This document shows, piece by piece, positions 13,951-28,859 of a stretch of 64,000 nucleotides of DNA. A program made the translations under genes and the position numbers. Source of the stretch: Azolla caroliniana (Eukaryota; Plantae; Polypodiophyta); assembly GCA_043228905.1 (NCBI GenBank), contig JBHGNT010000055.1, forward strand, positions 1 through 64,000. Direction: 5' to 3'. The notes under the pieces are model-generated. The model ran no database searches. It was given only the letters and a program-made list of their open reading frames with translations, and was not told where the DNA came from. Position 1 is the first letter of the stretch. Each line of letters starts with the position of its first letter.

Positions 13951-14399
13951 ATGTTTGAACACAAAAATCCGATATCACACGAGCCAGGTATGAACATTTT
14001 AATTTACTCAACGGCTCCTCTCAACTCCCTCCTCAAGATTGCAAATTTCTTCATATCTCTCGACCTGAGTTTCAAAATCTTGATTTTTTAATACCATATA
14101 ATAGCTAGCGTTGTTAGCTTCGATTCGCAGGTTTGAACACACAAATCCGATATCACACGAGCCAGGTATGAACATTTTAATTTACTCAAGGGCTCCTCTC
14201 AACTCCCTCCTCAAATTTGGTAACTTCTTCATATCTCTCGACCTGAGTTTCAAAATCTTGATTTTTTAATACCATATAATAGCTAGCGTTTTTAGATTCG
14301 ATACGAATGTTTGAACACAAACATCCGATATCACACGAGCCAGGTATGAACATTTTAATTTACTCAAGAGCTCCTCTCAACTCCCTCCTCAAGATTGCT

Positions 14400-17300
14400 A
14401 ATTTCTTCATATCTCTCGACCTGAGTTTCAAAATCTTGATTTTTTAATACCATATAATAGCTAGCGTTGTTAGATTCGATACGAATGTTTGAACACAAAC
14501 ATCCGATATCACACGAGCTAGGTATGAACATTTTAATTTACTCCAGAGCTCCTCTCAACTCCCTCCTCAAGATTGCTAATTTCTTCATATCTCTCGACCT
14601 GAGTTTCAAAATCTTGATTATTTAGTTCCATATGATAGCTAGCGTTGTTAGCTTCGATACGAATGTTTGAACACACAAATCCGATATCACACGAGCCAGG
14701 TATGAACATTTTAATTTACTCAATGGCTCCTCTCAACTCCCTCCTCAAGATTGCTAATTTCTTCATATCTCTCGACCTGAGTTTCAAAATCTTGATTTTT
14801 TAATACCATATAATAGCTAGCGTTGTTAGCTTCGATTCGCAGGTTTGAACACACAAATCCGATATCACACGAGCCAGGTATGAACATTTTAATGTACTCA
14901 AGGGCTCCTCCCAACTCCCACCTCAAATTTGGTAATTTCGTCATGTCTCTCGACCTGAGTTTCAAAATCTTGATTTTTTAGTTCCATATAATAGCTAGCG
15001 TTGTTAGCTTCGATACGTATCTTTGAACACAAAAATCCGATATCACACGAGCCAGGTATGAACATTTTAATTTACTCAAGGGCTCCTCCCAACTCCCTCC
15101 TCAAATTTGGTAATTTCTTCATATCTCTCGACCTGAGTTTCAAAATCTTGATTTTTTAGTTCCATATAATAGCTAGCGTTGTTAGCTTCGATACGAATGT
15201 TTGAACACACAAATCCGATAGCACGCGAGCCAGGTATGAACATTTTAATTTACTCAAGGGCTCCTCTCAACTCCCTCCTCAAATTTGGTAATTTCGTCAT
15301 GTCTCTCGACCTGAGTTTCAAAATCTTGATTTTTTAGTTCCATATAATAGCAAGCGTTGTTAGCTTCGATACGAATGTTTGAACACACAAATCCGATATC
15401 ACACGAGCCAGGTATGAACATTTTAATTTACTCAAGGGCTCCTCTCAACTCCCTCCTCAAATTTGGTAACTTCTTCATATCTCTCGACCTGAGTTTCAAA
15501 ATCTTGATTTTTGAGTTCCATATAATAGCTAGCGTTGTTAGCTTCGATACGAATGTTTGAACACAAACATCCGATATCACACGAGCTAGGTATGAACATT
15601 TTAATTTACTCAAGAGCTCCTCTCAACTCCCTCCTCAAGATTGCTAATTTCTTCATATCTCTCGACCTGAGTTTCAAATCTTGATTTTTTAGTTCCATAT
15701 AATAGCTAGCGTTGTTAGCTTCGATACGTATGTTTGAACACAAAAATCCGATTTTAATTTACTCAAGGGCTCCTCCCAACTCCCTCCTCAAATTTGGTAA
15801 TTTCTTCATATCTCTCGACCTGAGTTTCAAAATCTTGATTATTTAGTTCTATATCATAGCTAGCGTTGTTAGCTTCGATACGAATGTTTGAACACACAAA
15901 TCCGATATCACACGAGCCAGGTATGAACATTTTAATTTACTCAAGGGCTCCTCTCAACTCCCTCCTCAAGATTGCTAATTTCTTCATATCTCTCGACCTG
16001 AGTTTCAAAATCTTGATTTTTTAATACCATATAATAGCTAGCGTTGTTAGATTCGATACGAATGTTTGAACACAAACATCCGATATCACACGAGCTAGGT
16101 ATGAACATTTTAATTTACTCCAGAGCTCCTCTCAACTCCCTCCTCAAGATTGCTAATTTCTTCATATCTCTCGACCTGAGTTTCAAAATCTTGATTATTT
16201 AGTTCTATATCATAGCTAGCGTTGTTAGCTTCGATACGAATGTTTGAACACACAAATCCGATATCACACGAGCCAGGTATGAACATTTTAATTTACTCAA
16301 GGGCTCCTCTCAACTCCCTCCTCAAGATTGCTAATTTCTTCATATCTCTCGACCTGAGTTTCAAAATCTTGATTTTTTAATACCATATAATAGCTAGCGT
16401 TGTTAGCTTCGATTCGCAGGTTTGAACACACAAATCCGATATCACACGAGCCAGGTATGAACATTTTAATGTACTCAAGGGCTCCTCCCAACTCCCACCT
16501 CAAATTTGGTAATTTCGTCATGTCTCTCGACCTGAGTTTCAAAATCTTGATTTTTTAGTTCCATATAATAGCTAGCGTTGTTAGCTTCGATACGTATCTT
16601 TGAACACAAAAATCCGATATCACACGAGCCAGGTATGAACATTTTAATTTACTCAAGGGCTCCTCCCAACTCCCTCCTCAAATTTGGTAATTTCTTCATA
16701 TCTCTCGACCTGAGTTTCAAAATCTTGATTATTTAGTTCCATATAATAGCTAGCGTTGTTAGCTTCGATACGAATGTTTGAACACACAAATCCGATAGCA
16801 CGCGAGCCAGGTATGAACATTTTAATTTACTCAAGGGCTCCTCTCAACTCCCTCCTCAAATTTGGTAATTTCGTCATGTCTCTCGACCTGAGTTTCAAAA
16901 TCTTGATTTTTTAGTTCCATATAATAGTAAGCGTTGTTAGCTTCGATACGAATGTTTGAACACACAAATCCGATATCACACGAGCCAGGTATGAACATTT
17001 TAATTTACTCAAGGGCTCCTCTCAACTCCCTCCTCAAATTTGGTAACTTCTTCATATCTCTCGACCTGAGTTTCAAAATCTTGATTTTTGAGTTCCATAT
17101 AATAGCTAGCGTTGTTAGCTTCGATACGAATGTTTGAACACAAACATCCGATATCACACGAGCTAGGTATGAACATTTTAATTTACTCAAGAGCTCCTCT
17201 CAACTCCCTCCTCAAGATTGCTAATTTCTTCATATCTCTCGACCTGAGTTTCAAAATCTTGATTTTTTAGTTCCATATAATAGCTAGCGTTGTTAGCTTC

Positions 17301-19610
17301 GATACGTATGTTTGAACACAAAAATCCGATATCACACGAGCTAGGTATGAACATTTTAATTTACTCAAGGGCTCCTCCCAACTCCCTCCTCAAATTTGGT
17401 AATTTCTTCATATCTCTCGACCTGAGTTTCAAAATCTTGATTATTTAGTTCTATATCATAGCTAGCGTTGTTAGCTTCGATACGAATGTTTGAACACACA
17501 AATCCGATATCACACGAGCCAGGTATGAACATTTTAATTTACTCAAGGGCTCCTCTCAACTCCCTCCTCAAGATTGCTAATTTCTTCATATCTCTCGACC
17601 TGAGTTTCAAAATCTTGATTTTTTAATACCATATAATAGCTAGCGTTGTTAGATTCGATACGAATGTTTGAACACAAACATCCGATATCACACGAGCTAG
17701 GTATGAACATTTTAATTTACTCCAGAGCTCCTCTCAACTCCCTCCTCAAGATTGCTAATTTCTTCATATCTCTCGACCTGAGTTTCAAAATCTTGATTAT
17801 TTAGTTCTATATCATAGCTAGCGTTGTTAGCTTCGATACGAATGTTTGAACACACAAATCCGATATCACACGAGCCAGGTATGAACATTTTAATTTACTC
17901 AATGGCTCCTCTCAACTCCCTCCTCAAGATTGCTAATTTCTTCATATCTCTCGACCTGAGTTTCAAAATCTTGATTTTTTAATACCATATAATAGCTAGC
18001 GTTGTTAGCTTCGATTCGCAGGTTTGAACACACAAATCCGATATCACACGAGCCAGGTATGAACATTTTAATGTACTCAAGGGCTCCTCCCAACTCCCAC
18101 CTCAAATTTGGTAATTTCGTCATGTCTCTCGACCTGAGTTTCAAAATCTTGATTTTTTAGTTCCATATAATAGCTAGCGTTGTTAGCTTCGATACGTATC
18201 TTTGAACACAAAAATCCGATATCACACGAGCCAGGTATGAACATTTTAATTTACTCAAGGGCTCCTCCCAACTCCCTCCTCAAATTTGGTAATTTCTTCA
18301 TATCTCTCGACCTGAGTTTCAAAATCTTGATTTTTTAGTTCCATATAATAGCTAGCGTTGTTAGCTTCGATACGAATGTTTGAACACACAAATCCGATAG
18401 CACGCGAGCCAGGTATGAACATTTTAATTTACTCAAGGGCTCCTCTCAACTCCCTCCTCAAATTTGGTAATTTCGTCATGTCTCTCGACCTGAGTTTCAA
18501 AATCTTGATTTTTTAGTTCCATATAATAGCAAGCGTTGTTAGCTTCGATACGAATGTTTGAACACACAAATCCGATATCACACGAGCCAGGTATGAACAT
18601 TTTAATTTACTCAAGGGCTCCTCTCAACTCCCTCCTCAAATTTGGTAACTTCTTCATATCTCTCGACCTGAGTTTCAAAATCTTGATTTTTGAGTTCCAT
18701 ATAATAGCTAGCGTTGTTAGCTTCGATACGAATGTTTGAACACAAACATCCGATATCACACGAGCTAGGTATGAACATTTTAATTTACTCAAGAGCTCCT
18801 CTCAACTCCCTCCTCAAGATTGCTAATTTCTTCATATCTCTCGACCTGAGTTTCAAAATCTTGATTTTTTAGTTCCATATAATAGCTAGCGTTGTTAGCT
18901 TCGATACGTATGTTTGAACACAAAAATCCGATATCACACGAGCTAGGTATGAACATTTTAATTTACTCAAGGGCTCCTCCCAACTCCCTCCTCAAATTTG
19001 GTAATTTCTTCATATCTCTCGACCTAAGTTTCAAAATCTTGATTATTTAGTTCTATATCATAGCTAGCGTTGTTAGCTTCGATACGAATGTTTGAACACA
19101 CAAATCCGATATCACACGAGCCAGGTATGAACATTTTAATTTACTCAAGGGCTCCTCTCAACTCCCTCCTCAAGATTGCTAATTTCTTCATATCTCTCGA
19201 CCTGAGTTTCAAAATCTTGATTTTTTAATACCATATAATAGCTAGCGTTGTTAGATTCGATACGAATGTTTGAACACAAACATCCGATATCACACGAGCT
19301 AGGTATGAACATTTTAATTTACTCCAGAGCTCCTCTCAACTCCCTCCTCAAGATTGCTAATTTCTTCATATCTCTCGACCTGAGTTTCAAAATCTTGATT
19401 ATTTAGTTCTATATCATAGCTAGCGTTGTTAGCTTCGATACGAATGTTTGAACACACAAATCCGATATCACACGAGCCAGGTATGAACATTTTAATTTAC
19501 TCAATGGCTCCTCTCAACTCCCTCCTCAAGATTGCTAATTTCTTCATATCTCTCGACCTGAGTTTCAAAATCTTGATTTTTTAATACCATATAATAGCTA
19601 GCGTTGTTAG
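14400..19610 (+). repeat. About 3 tandem copies of a 9-monomer (1602-bp) higher-order repeat
   Basis: Marker CTCCAGAG at 14541, 16118, 17720 and 19322 (spacings 1577=1602-25, 1602, 1602). ORF-track copies at 15357, 16934 and 18536 show the same spacing. Confidence 0.9.
15665..15817 (+). other. Shortened 153-bp monomer (1-bp plus 24-bp deletion)
   Basis: TTTCAAATC at 15672-15680 lacks one A, and CCGAT|TTTAATTT at 15752/15753 lacks 24 bp. The array phase shifts by -25. Confidence 0.92.
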
Positions 19611-22600
19611 CTTCGATACGAATGTTGGAACACAAAAATCCGATATCACACTCGCCAGGTATGAACATTTTAATTTAATCAAGGGCTCCTCCCAACTCCC
19701 ACCTCAAATTTGGTAATTTCGTCATGTCTCTCGACATGAGTTTTAAAATCTTGATTTTCTAGTTCCATATAATAGCTAGCGTTGTTAGCTTCGATACGTA
19801 TCTTTGAACACAAAAATCCGATATCACACGAGCCAGGTATGAACATTTTAATTTACTCAAGGGCTCCTCCCAACTCCCTCCTCAAATTTGGTAATTTCTT
19901 CATATCTCTCGACCTGAGTTTCAAAATCTTGATTATTTAGTTCTATATCATAGCTAGCGTTGTTAGCTTCGATACGAATGTTTGAACACACAAATCCGAT
20001 ATCACACGAGCCAGGTATGAACATTTTAATTTACTCAAGGGCTCCTCTCAACTCCCTCCTCAAGATTGCTAATTTCTTCATATCTCTCGACCTGAGTTTC
20101 AAAATCTTGATTTTTTAATACCATATAATAGCTAGCGTTGTTAGATTCGATACGAATGTTTGAACACAAACATCCGATATCACACGAGCTAGGTATGAAC
20201 ATTTTAATTTACTCCAGAGCTCCTCTCAACTCCCTCCTCAAGATTGCTAATTTCTTCATATCTCTCGACCTGAGTTTCAAAATCTTGATTATTTAGTTCT
20301 ATATCATAGCTAGCGTTGTTAGCTTCGATACGAATGTTTGAACACACAAATCCGATATCACACGAGCCAGGTATGAACATTTTAATTTACTCAATGGCTC
20401 CTCTCAACTCCCTCCTCAAGATTGCTAATTTCTTCATATCTCTCGACCTGAGTTTCAAAATCTTGATTTTTTAATACCATATAATAGCTAGCGTTGTTAG
20501 CTTCGATACGAATGTTTGAACACACAAATCCGATATCACACAAGCCAGGTATGAACATTTTAATTTACTCAAGAGCTCCTCTCAACTCCCTCCTCAAGAT
20601 TGCTAATTTCTTCATATCTCTCGACCTGAGTTTCAAAATCTTGATTTTTTAGTTCCATATAATAGCTAGCGTTGTTAGCTTCGATAGGTATGTTTGAACA
20701 CAAAAATCCGATATCACACGAGCCAGGTATGAACATTTTAATTTACTCAAGGGCTCCTCCCAACTCCCTCCTCAAATTTGGTAATTTCTTCATATCTCTC
20801 GACCTGAGTTTCAAAATCTTGATTATTTAGTTCTATATCATAGCTAGCGTTGTTAGCTTCGATACGAATGTTTGAACACACAAATCCGATATCACACGAG
20901 CCAGGTATGAACATTTTAATTTACTCAAGGGCTCCTCTCAACTCCCTCCTCAAGATTGCTAATTTCTTCATATCTCTCGACCTGAGTTTCAAAATCTTGA
21001 TTTTTTAATACCATATAATAGCTAGCGTTGTTAGATTCGATACGAATGTTTGAACACAAACATCCGATATCACACGAGCTAGGTATGAACATTTTAATTT
21101 ACTCAAGGGCTCCTCCCAACTCCCTCCTCAAATTTGGTAATTTCTTCATATCTCTCGACCTGAGTTTCAAAATCTTGATTATTTAGTTCTATATCATAGC
21201 TAGCGTTGTTAGCTTCGATTCGCAGGTTTGAACACACAAATCCGATATCACACGAGCCAGGTATGAACATTTTAATTTACTCAAGGGCTCCTCCCAACTC
21301 CCACCTCAAATTTGGTAATTTCGTCATGTCTCTCGACCTGAGTTTCAAAATCTTGATTTTTTAGTTCCATATAATAGCTAGCGTTGTTAGCTTCGATACG
21401 TATCTTTGAACACAAAAATCCGATATCACACGAGCCAGGTATGAACATTTTAATTTACTCAAGGGCTCCTCCCAACTCCCTCCTCAAATTTGGTAATTTC
21501 TTCATATCTCTCGACCTGAGTTTCAAAATCTTGATTATTTAGTTCCATATAATAGCTAGCGTTGTTAGCTTCGATACGAATGTTTGAACACACAAATCCG
21601 ATAGCACGCGAGCCAGGTATGAACATTTTAATTTACTCAAGGGCTCCTCTCAACTCCCTCCTCAAATTTGGTAATTTCGTCATGTCTCTCGACCTGAGTT
21701 TCAAAATCTTGATTTTTTAGTTCCATATAATAGTAAGCGTTGTTAGCTTCGATACGAATGTTTGAACACACAAATCCGATATCACACGAGCCAGGTATGA
21801 ACATTTTAATTTACTCAAGGGCTCCTCTCAACTCCCTCCTCAAATTTGGTAACTTCTTCATATCTCTCGACCTGAGTTTCAAAATCTTGATTTTTGAGTT
21901 CCATATAATAGCTAGCGTTGTTAGCTTCGATACGAATGTTTGAACACAAACATCCGATATCACACGAGCTAGGTATGAACATTTTAATTTACTCAAGAGC
22001 TCCTCTCAACTCCCTCCTCAAGATTGCTAATTTCTTCATATCTCTCGACCTGAGTTTCAAAATCTTGATTTTTTAGTTCCATATAATAGCTAGCGTTGTT
22101 AGCTTCGATACGTATGTTTGAACACAAAAATCCGATATCACACGAGCTAGGTATGAACATTTTAATTTACTCAAGGGCTCCTCCCAACTCCCTCCTCAAA
22201 TTTGGTAATTTCTTCATATCTCTCGACCTGAGTTTCAAAATCTTGATTATTTAGTTCTATATCATAGCTAGCGTTGTTAGCTTCGATACGAATGTTTGAA
22301 CACACAAATCCGATATCACACGAGCCAGGTATGAACATTTTAATTTACTCAAGGGCTCCTCTCAACTCCCTCCTCAAGATTGCTAATTTCTTCATATCTC
22401 TCGACCTGAGTTTCAAAATCTTGATTATTTAGTTCTATATCATAGCTAGCGTTGTTAGCTTCGATACGAATGTTTGAACACACAAATCCGATATCACACG
22501 AGCCAGGTATGAACATTTTAATTTACTCAAGGGCTCCTCTCAACTCCCTCCTCAAGATTGCTAATTTCTTCATATCTCTCGACCTGAGTTTCAAAATCTT

Positions 22601-25600
22601 GATTTTTTAATACCATATAATAGCTAGCGTTGTTAGATTCGATACGAATGTTTGAACACAAACATCCGATATCACACGAGCTAGGTATGAACATTTTAAT
22701 TTACTCAAGGGCTCCTCCCAACTCCCTCCTCAAATTTGGTAATTTCTTCATATCTCTCGACCTGAGTTTCAAAATCTTGAATATTTAGTTCTATATCATA
22801 GCTAGCGTTGTTAGCTTCGATTCGCAGGTTTGAACACACAAATCCGATATCACACGAGCCAGGTATGAACATTTTAATTTACTCAAGGGCTCCTCCCAAC
22901 TCCCACCTCAAATTTGGTAATTTCGTCATGTCTCTCGACCTGAGTTTCAAAATCTTGATTTTTTAGTTCCATATAATAGCTAGCGTTGTTAGCTTCGATA
23001 CGTATCTTTGAACACAAAAATCCGATATCACACGAGCCAGGTATGAACATTTTAATTTACTCAAGGGCTCCTCCCAACTCCCTCCTCAAATTTGGTAATT
23101 TCTTCATATCTCTCGACCTGAGTTTCAAAATCTTGATTATTTAGTTCCATATAATAGCTAGCGTTGTTAGCTTCGATACGAATGTTTGAACACAAAAATC
23201 CGATATCACACGAGCCAGGTATGAACATTTTAATTTACTCAAGGGCTCCTCTCAACTCCCTCCTCAAGATTGCTAATTTCTTCATATCTCTCGACCTGAG
23301 TTTCAAAATCTTGATTATTTAGTTCCATATAATAGCTAGCATTGTTAGCTTCGATACGAATGTTTGAACACACAAATCCGATATCACACGAGCCAGGTAT
23401 AAACATTTTAATTTACTCAAGGGCTCCTCTCAACTCCCTCCTCAAATTTGGTAACTTCTTCATATCTCTCGACCTGAGTTTCAAAATCTTGATTTTTGAG
23501 TTCCATATAATAGCTAGCGTTGTTAGCTTCGATACGAATGTTTGAACACAAACATCCGATATCACACGAGCTAGGTATGAACATTTTAATTTACTCAAGA
23601 GCTCCTCTCAACTCCCTCCTCAAGATTGCTAATTTCTTCATATCTCTCGACCTGAGTTTCAAAATCTTGATTTTTTAGTTCCATATAATAGCTAGCGTTG
23701 TTAGCTTCGATACGTATGTTTGAACACAAAAATCCGATATCACACGAGCTAGGTATGAACATTTTAATTTACTCAAGGGCTCCTCCCAACTCCCTCCTCA
23801 AATTTGGTAATTTCTTCATATCTCTCGACCTAAGTTTCAAAATCTTGATTATTTAGTTCTATATCATAGCTAGCGTTGTTAGCTTCGATACGAATGTTTG
23901 AACACACAAATCCGATATCACACGAGCCAGGTATGAACATTTTAATTTACTCAAGGGCTCCTCTCAACTCCCTCCTCAAGATTGCTAATTTCTTCATATC
24001 TCTCGACCTGAGTTTCAAAATCTTGATTTTTTAATACCATATAATAGCTAGCGTTGTTAGATTCGATACGAATGTTTGAACACAAACATCCGATATCACA
24101 CGAGCTAGGTATGAACATTTTAATTTACTCCAGAGCTCCTCTCAACTCCCTCCTCAAGATTGCTAATTTCTTCATATCTCTCGACCTGAGTTTCAAAATC
24201 TTGATTATTTAGTTCTATATCATAGCTAGCGTTGTTAGCTTCGATACGAATGTTTGAACACACAAATCCGATATCACACGAGCCAGGTATGAACATTTTA
24301 ATTTACTCAATGGCTCCTCTCAACTCCCTCCTCAAGATTGCTAATTTCTTCATATCTCTCGACCTGAGTTTCAAAATCTTGATTTTTTAATACCATATAA
24401 TAGCTAGCGTTGTTAGCTTCGATACGAATGTTGGAACACAAAAATCCGATATCACACTCGCCAGGTATGAACATTTTAATTTAATCAAGGGCTCCTCCCA
24501 ACTCCCACCTCAAATTTGGTAATTTCGTCATGTCTCTCGACATGAGTTTTAAAATCTTGATTTTCTAGTTCCATATAATAGCTAGCGTTGTTAGCTTCGA
24601 TACGTATCTTTGAACACAAAAATCCGATATCACACGAGCCAGGTATGAACATTTTAATTTACTCAAGGGCTCCTCCCAACTCCCTCCTCAAATTTGGTAA
24701 TTTCTTCATATCTCTCGACCTGAGTTTCAAAATCTTGATTATTTAGTTCTATATCATAGCTAGCGTTGTTAGCTTCGATACGAATGTTTGAACACACAAA
24801 TCCGATATCACACGAGCCAGGTATGAACATTTTAATTTACTCAAGGGCTCCTCTCAACTCCCTCCTCAAGATTGCTAATTTCTTCATATCTCTCGACCTG
24901 AGTTTCAAAATCTTGATTTTTTAATACCATATAATAGCTAGCGTTGTTAGATTCGATACGAATGTTTGAACACAAACATCCGATATCACACGAGCTAGGT
25001 ATGAACATTTTAATTTACTCCAGAGCTCCTCTCAACTCCCTCCTCAAGATTGCTAATTTCTTCATATCTCTCGACCTGAGTTTCAAAATCTTGATTATTT
25101 AGTTCTATATCATAGCTAGCGTTGTTAGCTTCGATACGAATGTTTGAACACACAAATCCGATATCACACGAGCCAGGTATGAACATTTTAATTTACTCAA
25201 TGGCTCCTCTCAACTCCCTCCTCAAGATTGCTAATTTCTTCATATCTCTCGACCTGAGTTTCAAAATCTTGATTTTTTAATACCATATAATAGCTAGCGT
25301 TGTTAGCTTCGATACGAATGTTTGAACACACAAATCCGATATCACACAAGCCAGGTATGAACATTTTAATTTACTCAAGAGCTCCTCTCAACTCCCTCCT
25401 CAAGATTGCTAATTTCTTCATATCTCTCGACCTGAGTTTCAAAATCTTGATTTTTTAGTTCCATATAATAGCTAGCGTTGTTAGCTTCGATAGGTATGTT
25501 TGAACACAAAAATCCGATATCACACGAGCCAGGTATGAACATTTTAATTTACTCAAGGGCTCCTCCCAACTCCCTCCTCAAATTTGGTAATTTCTTCATA

Positions 25601-28570
25601 TCTCTCGACCTGAGTTTCAAAATCTTGATTATTTAGTTCTATATCATAGCTAGCGTTGTTAGCTTCGATACGAATGTTTGAACACACAAATCCGATATCA
25701 CACGAGCCAGGTATGAACATTTTAATTTACTCAAGGGCTCCTCTCAACTCCCTCCTCAAGATTGCTAATTTCTTCATATCTCTCGACCTGAGTTTCAAAA
25801 TCTTGATTTTTTAATACCATATAATAGCTAGCGTTGTTAGATTCGATACGAATGTTTGAACACAAACATCCGATATCACACGAGCTAGGTATGAACATTT
25901 TAATTTACTCAAGGGCTCCTCCCAACTCCCTCCTCAAATTTGGTAATTTCTTCATATCTCTCGACCTGAGTTTCAAAATCTTGATTATTTAGTTCTATAT
26001 CATAGCTAGCGTTGTTAGCTTCGATTCGCAGGTTTGAACACACAAATCCGATATCACACGAGCCAGGTATGAACATTTTAATTTACTCAAGGGCTCCTCC
26101 CAACTCCCACCTCAAATTTGGTAATTTCGTCATGTCTCTCGACCTGAGTTTCAAAATCTTGATTTTTTAGTTCCATATAATAGCTAGCGTTGTTAGCTTC
26201 GATACGTATCTTTGAACACAAAAATCCGATATCACACGAGCCAGGTATGAACATTTTAATTTACTCAAGGGCTCCTCCCAACTCCCTCCTCAAATTTGGT
26301 AATTTCTTCATATCTCTCGACCTGAGTTTCAAAATCTTGATTATTTAGTTCCATATAATAGCTAGCGTTGTTAGCTTCGATACGAATGTTTGAACACACA
26401 AATCCGATAGCACGCGAGCCAGGTATGAACATTTTAATTTACTCAAGGGCTCCTCCCAACTCCCACCTCAAATTTGGTAATTTCGTCATGTCTCTCGACC
26501 TGAGTTTCAAAATCTTGATTTTTTAGTTCCATATAATAGCTAGCGTTGTTAGCTTCGATACGTATCTTTGAACACAAAAATCCGATATCACACGAGCCAG
26601 GTATGAACATTTTAATTTACTCAAGGGCTCCTCCCAACTCCCTCCTCAAATTTGGTAATTTCTTCATATCTCTCGACCTGAGTTTCAAAATCTTGATTAT
26701 TTAGTTCCATATAATAGCTAGCGTTGTTAGCTTCGATACGAATGTTTGAACACACAAATCCGATAGCACGCGAGCCAGGTATGAACATTTTAATTTACTC
26801 AAGGGCTCCTCTCAACTCCCTCCTCAAATTTGGTAATTTCGTCATGTCTCTCGACCTGAGTTTCAAAATCTTGATTTTTTAGTTCCATATAATAGTAAGC
26901 GTTGTTAGCTTCGATACGAATGTTTGAACACACAAATCCGATATCACACGAGCCAGGTATGAACATTTTAATTTACTCAAGGGCTCCTCTCAACTCCCTC
27001 CTCAAATTTGGTAACTTCTTCATATCTCTCGACCTGAGTTTCAAAATCTTGATTTTTGAGTTCCATATAATAGCTAGCGTTGTTAGCTTCGATACGAATG
27101 TTTGAACACAAACATCCGATATCACACGAGCTAGGTATGAACATTTTAATTTACTCAAGAGCTCCTCTCAACTCCCTCCTCAAGATTGCTAATTTCTTCA
27201 TATCTCTCGACCTGAGTTTCAAAATCTTGATTTTTTAGTTCCATATAATAGCTAGCGTTGTTAGCTTCGATACGTATGTTTGAACACAAAAATCCGATAT
27301 CACACGAGCTAGGTATGAACATTTTAATTTACTCAAGGGCTCCTCCCAACTCCCTCCTCAAATTTGGTAATTTCTTCATATCTCTCGACCTGAGTTTCAA
27401 AATCTTGATTATTTAGTTCTATATCATAGCTAGCGTTGTTAGCTTCGATACGAATGTTTGAACACACAAATCCGATATCACACGAGCCAGGTATGAACAT
27501 TTTAATTTACTCAAGGGCTCCTCTCAACTCCCTCCTCAAGATTGCTAATTTCTTCATATCTCTCGACCTGAGTTTCAAAATCTTGATTATTTAGTTCTAT
27601 ATCATAGCTAGCGTTGTTAGCTTCGATACGAATGTTTGAACACACAAATCCGATATCACACGAGCCAGGTATGAACATTTTAATTTACTCAAGGGCTCCT
27701 CTCAACTCCCTCCTCAAGATTGCTAATTTCTTCATATCTCTCGACCTGAGTTTCAAAATCTTGATTTTTTAATACCATATAATAGCTAGCGTTGTTAGAT
27801 TCGATACGAATGTTTGAACACAAACATCCGATATCACACGAGCTAGGTATGAACATTTTAATTTACTCAAGGGCTCCTCCCAACTCCCTCCTCAAATTTG
27901 GTAATTTCTTCATATCTCTCGACCTGAGTTTCAAAATCTTGATTATTTAGTTCTATATCATAGCTAGCGTTGTTAGCTTCGATTCGCAGGTTTGAACACA
28001 CAAATCCGATATCACACGAGCCAGGTATGAACATTTTAATTTACTCAAGGGCTCCTCCCAACTCCCACCTCAAATTTGGTAATTTCGTCATGTCTCTCGA
28101 CCTGAGTTTCAAAATCTTGATTTTTTAGTTCCATATAATAGCTAGCGTTGTTAGCTTCGATACGTATCTTTGAACACAAAAATCCGATATCACACGAGCC
28201 AGGTATGAACATTTTAATTTACTCAAGGGCTCCTCCCAACTCCCTCCTCAAATTTGGTAATTTCTTCATATCTCTCGACCTGAGTTTCAAAATCTTGATT
28301 ATTTAGTTCCATATAATAGCTAGCGTTGTTAGCTTCGATACGAATGTTTGAACACAAAAATCCGATATCACACGAGCCAGGTATGAACATTTTAATTTAC
28401 TCAAGGGCTCCTCTCAACTCCCTCCTCAAGATTGCTAATTTCTTCATATCTCTCGACCTGAGTTTCAAAATCTTGATTATTTAGTTCCATATAATAGCTA
28501 GCATTGTTAGCTTCGATACGAATGTTTGAACACACAAATCCGATATCACACGAGCCAGGTATAAACATTT
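18600..28570 (+). repeat. 27-monomer (4806-bp) tandem duplication; the second copy carries an extra 2-monomer duplication
   Basis: Private SNPs CCTAAG (19025/23831), GTTGGAAC (~19624/24430) and CACAAGCC (20541/25347) are offset by 4806. After the extra dimer near 26410-26765 the offset is 5162 (GCATTG 23341/28503; ORFs 21740/26902). Confidence 0.9.
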
Positions 28571-28859
28571 TAATTTACTCAAGGGCTCCTCTCAACTCCC
28601 TCCTCAGGTTTGGTAATATCTTCATATCTCTCGACCTGAGTTTCAAAATCTTGATTTTTTAATACCATATTATAACTAGCGTTCTTAGCTTCGATTCGCA
28701 GGTTTGAACACAAAAATCCGATATCACACGAGCCAGGTATGAACATTTTAATTTACTCAAGGGCTCCTCTCAACTCCCTCCTCAAATTTGGTAATTTCTT
28801 CATATCTCTCGACCTGAGTTTCAAAATCTTGATTTTTTAGTTCCATATCATAGCTAGCG

